From assembly GCA_963752215.1 (NCBI GenBank), contig CAVVXR010000019.1:17657-81656 (forward strand): a stretch of DNA of 64,000 nucleotides. Reading direction: 5' to 3'. This document shows positions 41,372 to 49,563 of the stretch, piece after piece. The stretch comes from an uncultured Acidobacteriaceae bacterium (lineage in GTDB: Bacteria > Acidobacteriota > Terriglobia > Terriglobales > Acidobacteriaceae). Position 1 is the stretch's first letter. Every line of letters begins with the position of its first letter. Under the pieces are notes generated by a model. It made no database searches. It saw nothing but the letters and a program-made list of their open reading frames with translations, and was not told the origin of the DNA. Position numbers and translations under genes: made by a program.

Positions 41372-43450
41372 TCATCGAACCGAACCTAATGAGAGCACCG
41401 GCGTCATGGGCGGTATTTCGGACGGTGAAATCACCACAATCTTTGGAATAACCGGTTCCAGCAGGCGCCGCAGATAAAATCGGCCCGGAGAAGAACAGAG
41501 CAACACCGGAGGCGCCATTGTTACCTGGTCGCCAAGCATGGCCTTCAGGCCTTCCATCACCCTGTGCACAACGGAAACCTGGAGCGCCCCACTCGCCGGA
41601 ACAATCTGCGCTTGCTGAGAGGAAGTGCGGGAACACTCTTCCTCAATCGAGTTGTGGAGCGTGACCACTTTGAGCTGGCCAAGGTCGTCGAGTAGTGGAC
41701 GAATGAGAGCCCGTCCTAGAGCGTGCCTGACTGCTTCGACAAGGACCACAGGATTCTTATTGACTGCCGCCGTTTCGACCAGCACCTCGAGAATGGTTCC
41801 CAGATCGCGAATGGACACTTGCTCTCTTAGCAATTGTTGCAGTACTCTCTGCACTTCACCGAGGCTCATAAGTTTCGGAATAAGCTCTTCAACGAGCTTC
41901 GGATGCGAATCGGCCAGGCGATCGATGAGACGCTTGGCCTCATGACGCGTAAGCAGGTCGTTAGCGTTCTGCTTGATGATTTCGGTAAGATGGGCAGCCA
42001 ACACCGATGTATGGTCCACCACCGCATATCCAGTAGCGATGGCCTGGGCCTGAAGGTCGGGTGTAATCCACTTCGCCGGCGAATTGAACGCCGGTTCGTG
42101 GGTTTCCTGTCCTGGAATATCTCCAGGCGTGGGATTTGAGTTTACTGCGAGCAACCGGTCCCGTCGAAGTTCCCAGCGTGCTATCTCAACGCCGCGAAGG
42201 TAGACAACGTACTCTCTTTCCTTCAGCGATAGATTGTCGGTGATATGAATGGATGGGGCCAGAAATCCGAGTTGTTGCGCCAGATTTTTGCGCAGCGACT
42301 TCACTCTTGAGAGCAGCTGGCCGCCTTGCTTAGCATCCACCAGCGGCACCAAGCCTACACCCACCTCGAGCATAAGCTCGTCTAGCTTGAGCACCGCGTC
42401 CATTGGATCGACTATCGGCGCCCCCACAGCGCCTTTTGTTGCAGTGGCCTTTGAGCCGGCTACCGCCTCCACTGCGCCGGGCTTCATTTTCCAGGCAGCA
42501 AACATCGTAACGCCGCCCAAAGCTATAAACGATACCTTGGGCATGCCGGGAATCAAGGCCAAGACAAACAGAACTCCGCCTACAATCCATAGCGGACGAG
42601 CGGTCCTGAACATTTGTTTGCCTATATCGCTGCCCAGCGAGAAGTCTGAACCGGCGCGCGTAACAACAATTCCACCGGCAACTGAGACCAGCAGCGAAGG
42701 AATAATTGTCACCAGTCCGTCACCAACCGTAAGAATGGTGTAAGTCTTCAGGGCTTGCTGGAATGGAACACCTTGTTGGAAAACGCCGATCAGGAAGCCG
42801 GCGATGATGTTGATCGCCATGATCAGAATGGTGGCCAGCGAATCTCGTTGACTGAAGCGAGCTGCGCCGTCCATGGAGCCGCAAAATTCCGCTTCGCGCG
42901 CCACCATTTCCCGGCGCTCTCTGGCCTGATCAGAATTGATGAGACCGGTATTCAGGTCTGAATCGATGGCCATCTGCTTTCCAGGCATCGCATCGAGGGT
43001 GAAACGGGCCGTCACCTCGGCGGTGCGAACTGCGCCGTGGCTCACCACGAGATACTGAATGGCAATGAGCGCGAGAAAGATAACAAAACCGACAATGTAG
43101 TTCCCACCCACTACAAATTGCCCGAATGCTTCGATCACTTTTCCCGCGGCCGATGAACCCTCGTTCCCGTGGAGCAGAATGCGCCGCGTGCTGGCCAGAT
43201 CGAGCGACAAGCGCATCAGCGTCAACAGGAGGATTACGCTTGGAAATACTGAGAATTGAACTGGGCGCTGAATCTGGATGGCGGTCAACAGAACGAGTAC
43301 CGACGCTGTGATGCTGAGGGTAAGCAGCAAGTCGAGCATGAAGCCCGGCATTGGCACCAGCATTACAAATACCAAGGCGACCGCGCCGGTTGGGATAAAC
43401 CAATCGGAGTATGCGCGTAACGTGTTCAAAAGTCCCTTCTTCGTGGTCAC
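41372..43450 (-). CDS. flhA: Export gate protein FlhA
   Basis: AEVTARFTLDAMPGKQMAID, GSMDGA, TVGDGL. Confidence 0.98.
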   Translation of the reverse strand: MTTKKGLLNTLRAYSDWFIPTGAVALVFVMLVPMPGFMLDLLLTLSITASVLVLLTAIQIQRPVQFSVFPSVILLLTLMRLSLDLASTRRILLHGNEGSSAAGKVIEAFGQFVVGGNYIVGFVIFLALIAIQYLVVSHGAVRTAEVTARFTLDAMPGKQMAIDSDLNTGLINSDQARERREMVAREAEFCGSMDGAARFSQRDSLATILIMAINIIAGFLIGVFQQGVPFQQALKTYTILTVGDGLVTIIPSLLVSVAGGIVVTRAGSDFSLGSDIGKQMFRTARPLWIVGGVLFVLALIPGMPKVSFIALGGVTMFAAWKMKPGAVEAVAGSKATATKGAVGAPIVDPMDAVLKLDELMLEVGVGLVPLVDAKQGGQLLSRVKSLRKNLAQQLGFLAPSIHITDNLSLKEREYVVYLRGVEIARWELRRDRLLAVNSNPTPGDIPGQETHEPAFNSPAKWITPDLQAQAIATGYAVVDHTSVLAAHLTEIIKQNANDLLTRHEAKRLIDRLADSHPKLVEELIPKLMSLGEVQRVLQQLLREQVSIRDLGTILEVLVETAAVNKNPVVLVEAVRHALGRALIRPLLDDLGQLKVVTLHNSIEEECSRTSSQQAQIVPASGALQVSVVHRVMEGLKAMLGDQVTMAPPVLLCSSPGRFYLRRLLEPVIPKIVVISPSEIPPMTPVLSLGSVR

Positions 43451-44553
43451 GACAGTCTCATTCCTCCCAGCGGGCTGGCTGAGGCCTTTCTTTGGGCCTC
43501 GCGGCGTTTCACTTCGTCCTGTGCCTTGTAAACCAGGACAAGAATTTCAGCGACAGCATGGTACAGCGCAGAAGGAATCGTATCCCCGACCTCTGCGCCC
43601 CTATAGAGCGCCTGAGCAAGAGGGCGATTTTCCATGATTGGAATTTCACGGTCCCTGGCAATCTCTTTTATCTTTGCTGCCAGCAGATCGAGTCCCTTTG
43701 CCACAACGATGGGCGCGGCCATGTTCAGCTCGAACTTGAGCGCGACTGCATAGTGGGTTGGGTTGGTGATGACGACGGTGGCAGTTTCCGTGGCCTTGAT
43801 CATTCTTTTGCGCCGCGCTTGACGCTGCAGCTTTCGGATTCTTGCCTTGCTGGCCGGATTTCCGTCCGTTTCTTTCATTTCCTCTCGGATTTCCTGACGG
43901 CTCATCTTGAGGTCACCTTCGCTCTTCAAATAGAGAAGCAGGTAATCCACACCTGACCACAAGAGGAGGATCAAACCGCACTTCCAGCAGAGCTCGAATA
44001 GAATCGTGCCGACCAGGCTGATGAACCCGCGCGGCTCCTCGTAAGAGCTGCCGAGAATTTGCCCCCAATGACTCATAAGGCAAGCGACACCGACCCAAAC
44101 CATCCCTGCGAATGGAATAAGACTCTTGAGTATGTTGCTTAGCCCCGCGGGAGAAAATATCTGCTGCATTTTGCCAACGGGGCTAAGTCTTTCGAAGTTT
44201 GGCGCAAGCGCCTCCGGCGCAACAACGAATCCACCTTGCGCGAATCCGGCAGCAAGCGATACCACAAATCCGGTAGCCAGAATCGGAACGATCCAGCGCA
44301 TCGCTTCAACACTTGTCCAGAAAAGCAGCGGTCCATTTGTCTCGATTGTGTCGGAGTTGGCGGACTCCAGAGTTTCGCGAAAAAAGTCGGTCCAATGAGC
44401 CGGTCCCTGGTGGGCCATAAGGCACAATACGCCGCCCACTGCAAACAGACTCAGGGCGCTGGTCAGCTCGCGCGAACGCGTAACGCGGCCTTGTGCGCGC
44501 GCCCTTTGCCGGTGTCGCGGCGTTGCCTTTTCGGTTTGGTTTGAGTTAGCCAT
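43447..44553 (-). CDS. flhB: Export switch protein FlhB
   Basis: TEKATP and NPTH autocleavage motif. Confidence 0.98.
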   Translation of the reverse strand: MANSNQTEKATPRHRQRARAQGRVTRSRELTSALSLFAVGGVLCLMAHQGPAHWTDFFRETLESANSDTIETNGPLLFWTSVEAMRWIVPILATGFVVSLAAGFAQGGFVVAPEALAPNFERLSPVGKMQQIFSPAGLSNILKSLIPFAGMVWVGVACLMSHWGQILGSSYEEPRGFISLVGTILFELCWKCGLILLLWSGVDYLLLYLKSEGDLKMSRQEIREEMKETDGNPASKARIRKLQRQARRKRMIKATETATVVITNPTHYAVALKFELNMAAPIVVAKGLDLLAAKIKEIARDREIPIMENRPLAQALYRGAEVGDTIPSALYHAVAEILVLVYKAQDEVKRREAQRKASASPLGGMRLS

Positions 44554-44559
44554 TCAGCC

Positions 44560-45330
44560 TCATCGTGCCAGGTGCAGTACGCGTTCGCCTGTGGTTACGG
44601 AATCGACAAAAAGGTGGTGATAGAGGTCCGGCCAATACTTCAGTGTTGCGATCAATATCAAAATTCCCATGATGCTCTTAATCGCCGGACCAAGCACCAT
44701 CAGCGGCATCTGCGGAGATGCCTTCCCCAGTAATCCGAGCAGGATATCGGTCACCAAAGTGGCTGAGAGAACAGGCGCGGCAATCTGAACGCCTAAGCTA
44801 AAAATGGTGCCGCCTGTCGCAACAATGGTCCAGGCAAACAGACCACTCAAGTGCATGGTGCCGGGTGGTATATCCAGGAAGCTTTTTCCGATCGCTTTCA
44901 AGAGCCAGTAGTGAACATCCATGCACAAAAAGAGTAAGACCACCATGGATTGGTAAAAGACCGGAATCACTTTCGTCTCAGCTTGAGACATCGGATCGAG
45001 AATCGTCACCAGTGAGTAGCCCATTTGAATGCCAATGATTTCTCCCGCCAGTTGTGCAGCCTCGAAGGCGACATTGGTGGCAAGACCCATTCCTACGCCG
45101 ATGATGAATTCAGTGAAGATGACGATGGGCCATTGAGCCATTGGATACGCGCCGATTCCCCGTCCTACAGTGGGAAACAGGACCGCTGTCAAAGCCAGGA
45201 CCAGCCCGGCTTTGATTCGCACTGGAATAACTGTGCTCCCAAACCACGGCGCGAAAAGCATTAGCCCGGTCAGGCGAATGCTAATGGTCAGCAGGCCGCT
45301 GATGATCGTCAGTAGAGGAATTTCAATCAT
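44560..45330 (-). CDS. fliR: Export protein FliR
   Basis: AGE.IG.QMG, K..PQM; multi-TM. Confidence 0.96.
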   Translation of the reverse strand: MIEIPLLTIISGLLTISIRLTGLMLFAPWFGSTVIPVRIKAGLVLALTAVLFPTVGRGIGAYPMAQWPIVIFTEFIIGVGMGLATNVAFEAAQLAGEIIGIQMGYSLVTILDPMSQAETKVIPVFYQSMVVLLFLCMDVHYWLLKAIGKSFLDIPPGTMHLSGLFAWTIVATGGTIFSLGVQIAAPVLSATLVTDILLGLLGKASPQMPLMVLGPAIKSIMGILILIATLKYWPDLYHHLFVDSVTTGERVLHLAR

Positions 45331-45596
45331 CCCAAAAACACCTTAAAGTCAGAGAACAATGCCAGCGTGTAAAGCGAAAGGTGACGCCACATCCACGGCA
45401 TCATGAAAAACAGCGCGGCACCCGTGCAGAAAAGGCGCGCAACGGTGGAAATCGTGTTGTCTTGCAGCGAAGTTAGTGTTTGAAGAATGTTGATAATCAG
45501 GCTGACGACAATGGCGACAACCAATATCGGGCCAACTAGAATGATCACTTCCTGCAGCATCATTCGACCAAGCAATACAACACTGTCTACGTTCAT
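45327..45596 (-). CDS. fliQ: Export protein FliQ
   Basis: LQT.TSLQD.T and PWM; 89 aa. Confidence 0.94.
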   Translation of the reverse strand: MNVDSVVLLGRMMLQEVIILVGPILVVAIVVSLIINILQTLTSLQDNTISTVARLFCTGAALFFMMPWMWRHLSLYTLALFSDFKVFLG

Positions 45597-45600
45597 GGCG

Positions 45601-46476
45601 TTATTGAAAACTCCTCATAAGAGATGAGATGAGCAGATGCCAGCCATCTACGATCAGGAAAAGCAGCAGCTTGAGCGGCGTTGAAATAACGACTGGCGGC
45701 AGCTGAAACATGCCGACTGACGTAGTGATTGAAGCTACTACCATGTCCACAATCAGAAATGGAAGAAAAAGGACCGTGCCAATCTGGAAGCCGGCTTTCA
45801 GCTCAGACAAGATATATGCCGGCAGAAGAACGCGCATCGAAAGATCGTTCGGTGAAGCTGGGCGCGGCTCCTTGGCCAATTCGATGAAAAGCGCCACGTC
45901 CTTCTCGCGAACATAACGGCTCATGAACTCACGAATAGGCCCTTCGGCGCGAGTAAGAGCTTCAGTCGCGTTGATCTGTCCTCCCTGCATCGGCACAAAG
46001 GCGTCGACATAAATCTTGTTCGCGACTGGCTGCATCAGAAAGAAGGTGAGGATCATCGAGAGTCCAATGAGTGTCTGGTTTGAGGGCGTGGTCTGAAGCC
46101 CAAGAGCTTGCCGCAGGAAATGAAATACAATCAATAGCCGCGCGAAGGGCGTCATGCACACCAGGACCGACGGGATCAGCGTTAGCCCGGTGAGCAAAAT
46201 GATGATGGACCATGGGACCGAGCTACTTGGTGCACCCGCAATTTGCAACCCTCCGCCAATTCCAGGCTGCGGGACGGTCGAGGAGCTCAACGAATTTGAA
46301 GCAGATCCAAGCCCATCCGCTGGAACACTGCGATCGGCTCTATTCACCGAAGTGCCTGGATCGACAATGTTCGCAGAGACCGTGGGGAAGCGCCCCTGAG
46401 CCACTGCCGAAGCAGAGAGCGCAAGTAAGACCGAGGCGATCATCGTTACTTCCCGGCCTGCGTGGATAAGATTCAT
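45601..46476 (-). CDS. fliP: Export protein FliP
   Basis: MTPFAR, LRQALG.Q.TP.NQ, SELK..FQIG, PLKL.LF..VDGW. Confidence 0.98.
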   Translation of the reverse strand: MNLIHAGREVTMIASVLLALSASAVAQGRFPTVSANIVDPGTSVNRADRSVPADGLGSASNSLSSSTVPQPGIGGGLQIAGAPSSSVPWSIIILLTGLTLIPSVLVCMTPFARLLIVFHFLRQALGLQTTPSNQTLIGLSMILTFFLMQPVANKIYVDAFVPMQGGQINATEALTRAEGPIREFMSRYVREKDVALFIELAKEPRPASPNDLSMRVLLPAYILSELKAGFQIGTVLFLPFLIVDMVVASITTSVGMFQLPPVVISTPLKLLLFLIVDGWHLLISSLMRSFQ

Positions 46477-47126
46477 GCGGACTTTCCCTGTAAGGTGACG
46501 TCAGTTCCAGGCACGCCGGCATTCTCAAGCGCCCCTTGCAACTGCGTGACAACCGACACGCCGGAAGCGCCTCCTCCAATCAGGAATTCGCGTCCCTCAA
46601 CACTCACTACGGCCAGAAATCTTTTCTCGCCGAGCGGGACCATTTCCGTAACACGCAGTCGCTTAACGGAAGACATGGTGTACTTTGCGTGAAGCCATGA
46701 ACGGATATGCGCAAGAATGCGCGAACCTGTGTGTCGCGTCTGAACAATCTGCGGATGATTGGACTTCGAGCAGTTGGGTGCGCTTGTTTCGAGAGATACC
46801 GATTTAACGACTTGCAATTGCTTGCTGACTGGCAACGTCTTTCTTGCTCGGGTCGATGGCCAAAAGCGTGGCCATGAGCGCCGGCGTGAATTTGGAGGAG
46901 CCTGTTGCGGCTCGACAACACGGGGTGGAATGGAAACAGATTTGGTCGATTCCAGTTTGGTCAGCTTTACGGGTTCGTGCTGAGCAACGTAATTAACCTC
47001 ACAGTCTCGGAGCGAAGCATGAAACGATGCTTCGCGAGGGGCCGGCTTGGGCGGAAGAGCGAGAGAAAACTCCTGCCAGCGCGGGCCGGCGAGCGGAGGG
47101 GCGTGATGTCGATTCTGCATCGTCAT
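46473..47126 (-). CDS. fliO: FliO-like protein with long N-terminal extension
   Basis: LRV.E...LGEKR.LAVV.V.GREFLIG directly before fliP. Confidence 0.75.
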   Translation of the reverse strand: MTMQNRHHAPPLAGPRWQEFSLALPPKPAPREASFHASLRDCEVNYVAQHEPVKLTKLESTKSVSIPPRVVEPQQAPPNSRRRSWPRFWPSTRARKTLPVSKQLQVVKSVSLETSAPNCSKSNHPQIVQTRHTGSRILAHIRSWLHAKYTMSSVKRLRVTEMVPLGEKRFLAVVSVEGREFLIGGGASGVSVVTQLQGALENAGVPGTDVTLQGKSA

Positions 47127-47425
47127 GCTTGATCCGTTATGCGCACTGCGAGACGATTCCCGATGACGTCAAATTCAGTCCAACCGAGAAGTAGCTGGTT
47201 CACTCGCAGCGGGACGTCGCTGGTATGGTGATAGGCGCTTTCCACGATTGAGCCCTTGGTAAGGGTGAGAAGGTCGCCAATCGTGAATCGAACCAATGGG
47301 ATTTCTAGGCTAAGCTGACAGGGCAGCCAGAGCATGGTGTCGAGGGGATCCCTTTCTGCGGCTAAGGGAATCGAACGGGAAGTTTCTTCAAGCTTCGGCT
47401 CTGGATTCAGGACGGCAGTGCTCAT
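47123..47425 (-). CDS. Second FliN/SpoA-domain protein
   Basis: L.L.KGSIVE, V.L.VN..L...EF.V....LAVRIT; ATG 47425 with GAGG SD. Confidence 0.85.
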   Translation of the reverse strand: MSTAVLNPEPKLEETSRSIPLAAERDPLDTMLWLPCQLSLEIPLVRFTIGDLLTLTKGSIVESAYHHTSDVPLRVNQLLLGWTEFDVIGNRLAVRITDQA

Positions 47426-47532
47426 TGAACCTCGCACGCTTTGCACTCCAGTCGTTATTCCATGAATCGGCCAAGCGGGACTCGCCTGGCGGAAGCTGAA
47501 GACGATGAGTGGAGCGGATGCACAAAGGTCAA

Positions 47533-47548
47533 TGCAATTGAAGGGCCG
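47533..47548 (-). promoter_or_regulatory. Sigma54 promoter for the export/switch operon
   Basis: CGGCCC-TTCAA-TTGCA (GG-N10-GC). Confidence 0.72.
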
Positions 47549-47597
47549 GAGTGTGAGGCGATATTCAGACGTCACGCCGACGGTTTCGTGGGCCCGA

Positions 47598-47610
47598 TAA
47601 GTTATTGATC
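47598..47610 (-). promoter_or_regulatory. IHF-like site
   Basis: GATCAA-TAAC-TTA, close to WATCAA-N4-TTR, between enhancer and promoter. Confidence 0.6.
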
Positions 47611-47624
47611 AATAAATATATTGC

Positions 47625-47639
47625 AGGCAAATATTGCCT
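47625..47639. promoter_or_regulatory. Palindromic upstream activator site
   Basis: AGGCAA-ATA-TTGCCT about 80 bp upstream of the -24 box. Confidence 0.65.
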
Positions 47640-47691
47640 ACCTTGGCGCCCCGTTGCCTGGTGAGACAGCCATGAGAACGACAGTCCGACA

Positions 47692-47734
47692 AGAGGCTCC
47701 CGCCAGGAGTTGCTCTCTCCCGGCGGAAGCTTCT
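47692..47734 (-). terminator. Hairpin terminator after flgE
   Basis: AGAAGCTTCCGCCGGGAG-N7-CTCCTGGCGGGAGCCTCT; G-U pairs form on the minus strand. Confidence 0.7.
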
Positions 47735-47771
47735 AATCGTTGCTTAACTAATTTGTCTTTCACTTTCAGCG

Positions 47772-49016
47772 CTAGCTGACGAGTTGAATTGTCGCTTGAG
47801 CAATCTGATCGAATGTCGTCAGCGCCTTCGCGTTGGCTTCATAAGCTTGCTGAGCGACGATCAGATTCGAAAACTCCGCAGAAAGGTCCACGTTGGACTC
47901 TTCAACTGCCGAGCCCTCGATGGTACCGTTTCCGCCGGCTTGAGCCCGCCCAATGACTGCGGCTCCTGATGCAGGTGTTGCTTGAAAGTCACCGTCATTT
48001 GACTGAGTGAGCCCCTGCACGTTCCCGAAGCTCGCTATTGCCACTTGACCCAGCGCTTGAGTCTGGTCGTTGCTGAACTGTCCCTCGATGGTTCCGTCTG
48101 AGCCAACCGAGAAGCCGGTGAGAATCCCAACTCCATATCCGTTCTGATTGGTGGCGCTCGTAGCGCTCGCCGAGTCCAACTGCGTAATCGTTGAGCTCCC
48201 TGGCGTTGAGCCGAGATTCCAGGTCAGGCTCATGTTCTGAGCGTTATCGGCCAGGCCTGTGATGTTGATGCCGGTGACCGATCCGCCGGTTGGAGTGAGC
48301 AGATTCCCCGATTGATCAAAGGTCATCGTGCCGCTTGAAACCGTTGTTGGAGCGCCAGTGCCGCCTGTTGCGGCTGCCGGCAATGTGATGGCATAGCTCC
48401 AGGCACCCACCCCCGAATTCGTAAACTGGACGTTAAGGGTCTGCGCCGTCCCGAGCGAGTCATAGACAGTAATTGGTGTGCTGAATGTCGTGCCAACTGC
48501 GGCGCTTGAATCAAGATTCGTTGTCATTTGGAAGGTGCTGGTAGCCTGACCTGGCACAGATCCCGTCGAATCGACCGTGATGGGGCTTAGAGTGCCTGTG
48601 GTTGATACCACACCATTGGTTGCGGGGTATCCCATTACCAGTTGTCCGGTTGGAGTAACGAGTTGACCCGATGAATTCACCGTGAAGTCGCCGGAGCGCG
48701 TATAGTTTGTTTCGCCGCTGGCATTTTGGACCACAAACAATCCATTGCCTTGAATTGCCATGTTCGATGCGATGCCTGTTGTATCTACATTCCCATTGGA
48801 GAAGTTCGAAGTAGTGCCAACGACCTGCACACCGGATCCAACCTGTATAGGGTCGCCGTTCCCCGATGAGCCTTGCACTTCGGCAAAAACGTCGCCGAAG
48901 TCGAGGGTTTGATCCTTGTAACCATCGGTGCTTAGGTTGGAAAGGTTGTTTGAAATTACGTTGAGCAACGAAGACTCGGCCTGAAGGCCAGACAGCGGAA
49001 TCGAATACGATGCCAT
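47772..49016 (-). CDS. flgE: Hook protein
   Basis: SNNLSN..T.GYK, YTRSG.F, VYDSLG, ESNVDL..E. Confidence 0.97.
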   Translation of the reverse strand: MASYSIPLSGLQAESSLLNVISNNLSNLSTDGYKDQTLDFGDVFAEVQGSSGNGDPIQVGSGVQVVGTTSNFSNGNVDTTGIASNMAIQGNGLFVVQNASGETNYTRSGDFTVNSSGQLVTPTGQLVMGYPATNGVVSTTGTLSPITVDSTGSVPGQATSTFQMTTNLDSSAAVGTTFSTPITVYDSLGTAQTLNVQFTNSGVGAWSYAITLPAAATGGTGAPTTVSSGTMTFDQSGNLLTPTGGSVTGINITGLADNAQNMSLTWNLGSTPGSSTITQLDSASATSATNQNGYGVGILTGFSVGSDGTIEGQFSNDQTQALGQVAIASFGNVQGLTQSNDGDFQATPASGAAVIGRAQAGGNGTIEGSAVEESNVDLSAEFSNLIVAQQAYEANAKALTTFDQIAQATIQLVS

Positions 49017-49017
49017 G

Positions 49018-49530
49018 TTACATTCCTCCTGTAGAGTTGAGATTTGAAGTTGGAGCCGGGGCCCCGAAGCTGCCATACAAGTTCATGAGATCTGAAGAAC
49101 TTGGATTACCTGTGGTTGCGGGTTGATATTGCCGAGCCGCACTGGCGGCAGAGCCGGCCACCGCCGGTGTTCCGCCAGACGAGCCAGATGAGCCCGCGTT
49201 CCCTGATTGGTTTGTGCTTGTGGAACTTGACGTAGATGGGACCAAGCTCGACAGAGTCGAATTGATTGAAATGAGCTGATCGAGTTGGTTGAGAGAAACC
49301 AGTTGTCCAACCATCTGGGTCGGATCGACAGGATCGGTAGGATCCTGATTCTGTAACTCGGTCACAAGCAGGTTCAGGAATGTTTCCTGAAGGCTGCTCG
49401 CCGAAGGCCCCAGCGAACTATTCGCGGTGGTGCCTGACGTGGAACCCGTACTACTTGTCGCTGCCGGCTTAGTGGCCGCTTGCGCCTGCACTGGCGCGGT
49501 CATGTTAGGGTGCAGTCCCTGAATATTCAT
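49018..49530 (-). CDS. flgD: Hook cap protein (N-terminal domain only)
   Basis: FLNLLVTELQNQDPTDPVD; tail is low-complexity. Confidence 0.93.
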   Translation of the reverse strand: MNIQGLHPNMTAPVQAQAATKPAATSSTGSTSGTTANSSLGPSASSLQETFLNLLVTELQNQDPTDPVDPTQMVGQLVSLNQLDQLISINSTLSSLVPSTSSSTSTNQSGNAGSSGSSGGTPAVAGSAASAARQYQPATTGNPSSSDLMNLYGSFGAPAPTSNLNSTGGM

Positions 49531-49563
49531 TTTCTCTCCCCTTTTCTGGAAAGTGCTTGAGCT

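Noticed and set aside
47644-47657. TGGCGCCCCGTTGC as a plus-strand sigma54 promoter
   Set aside because: GG-GC spacing is one base short; more likely a degenerate second enhancer half-site
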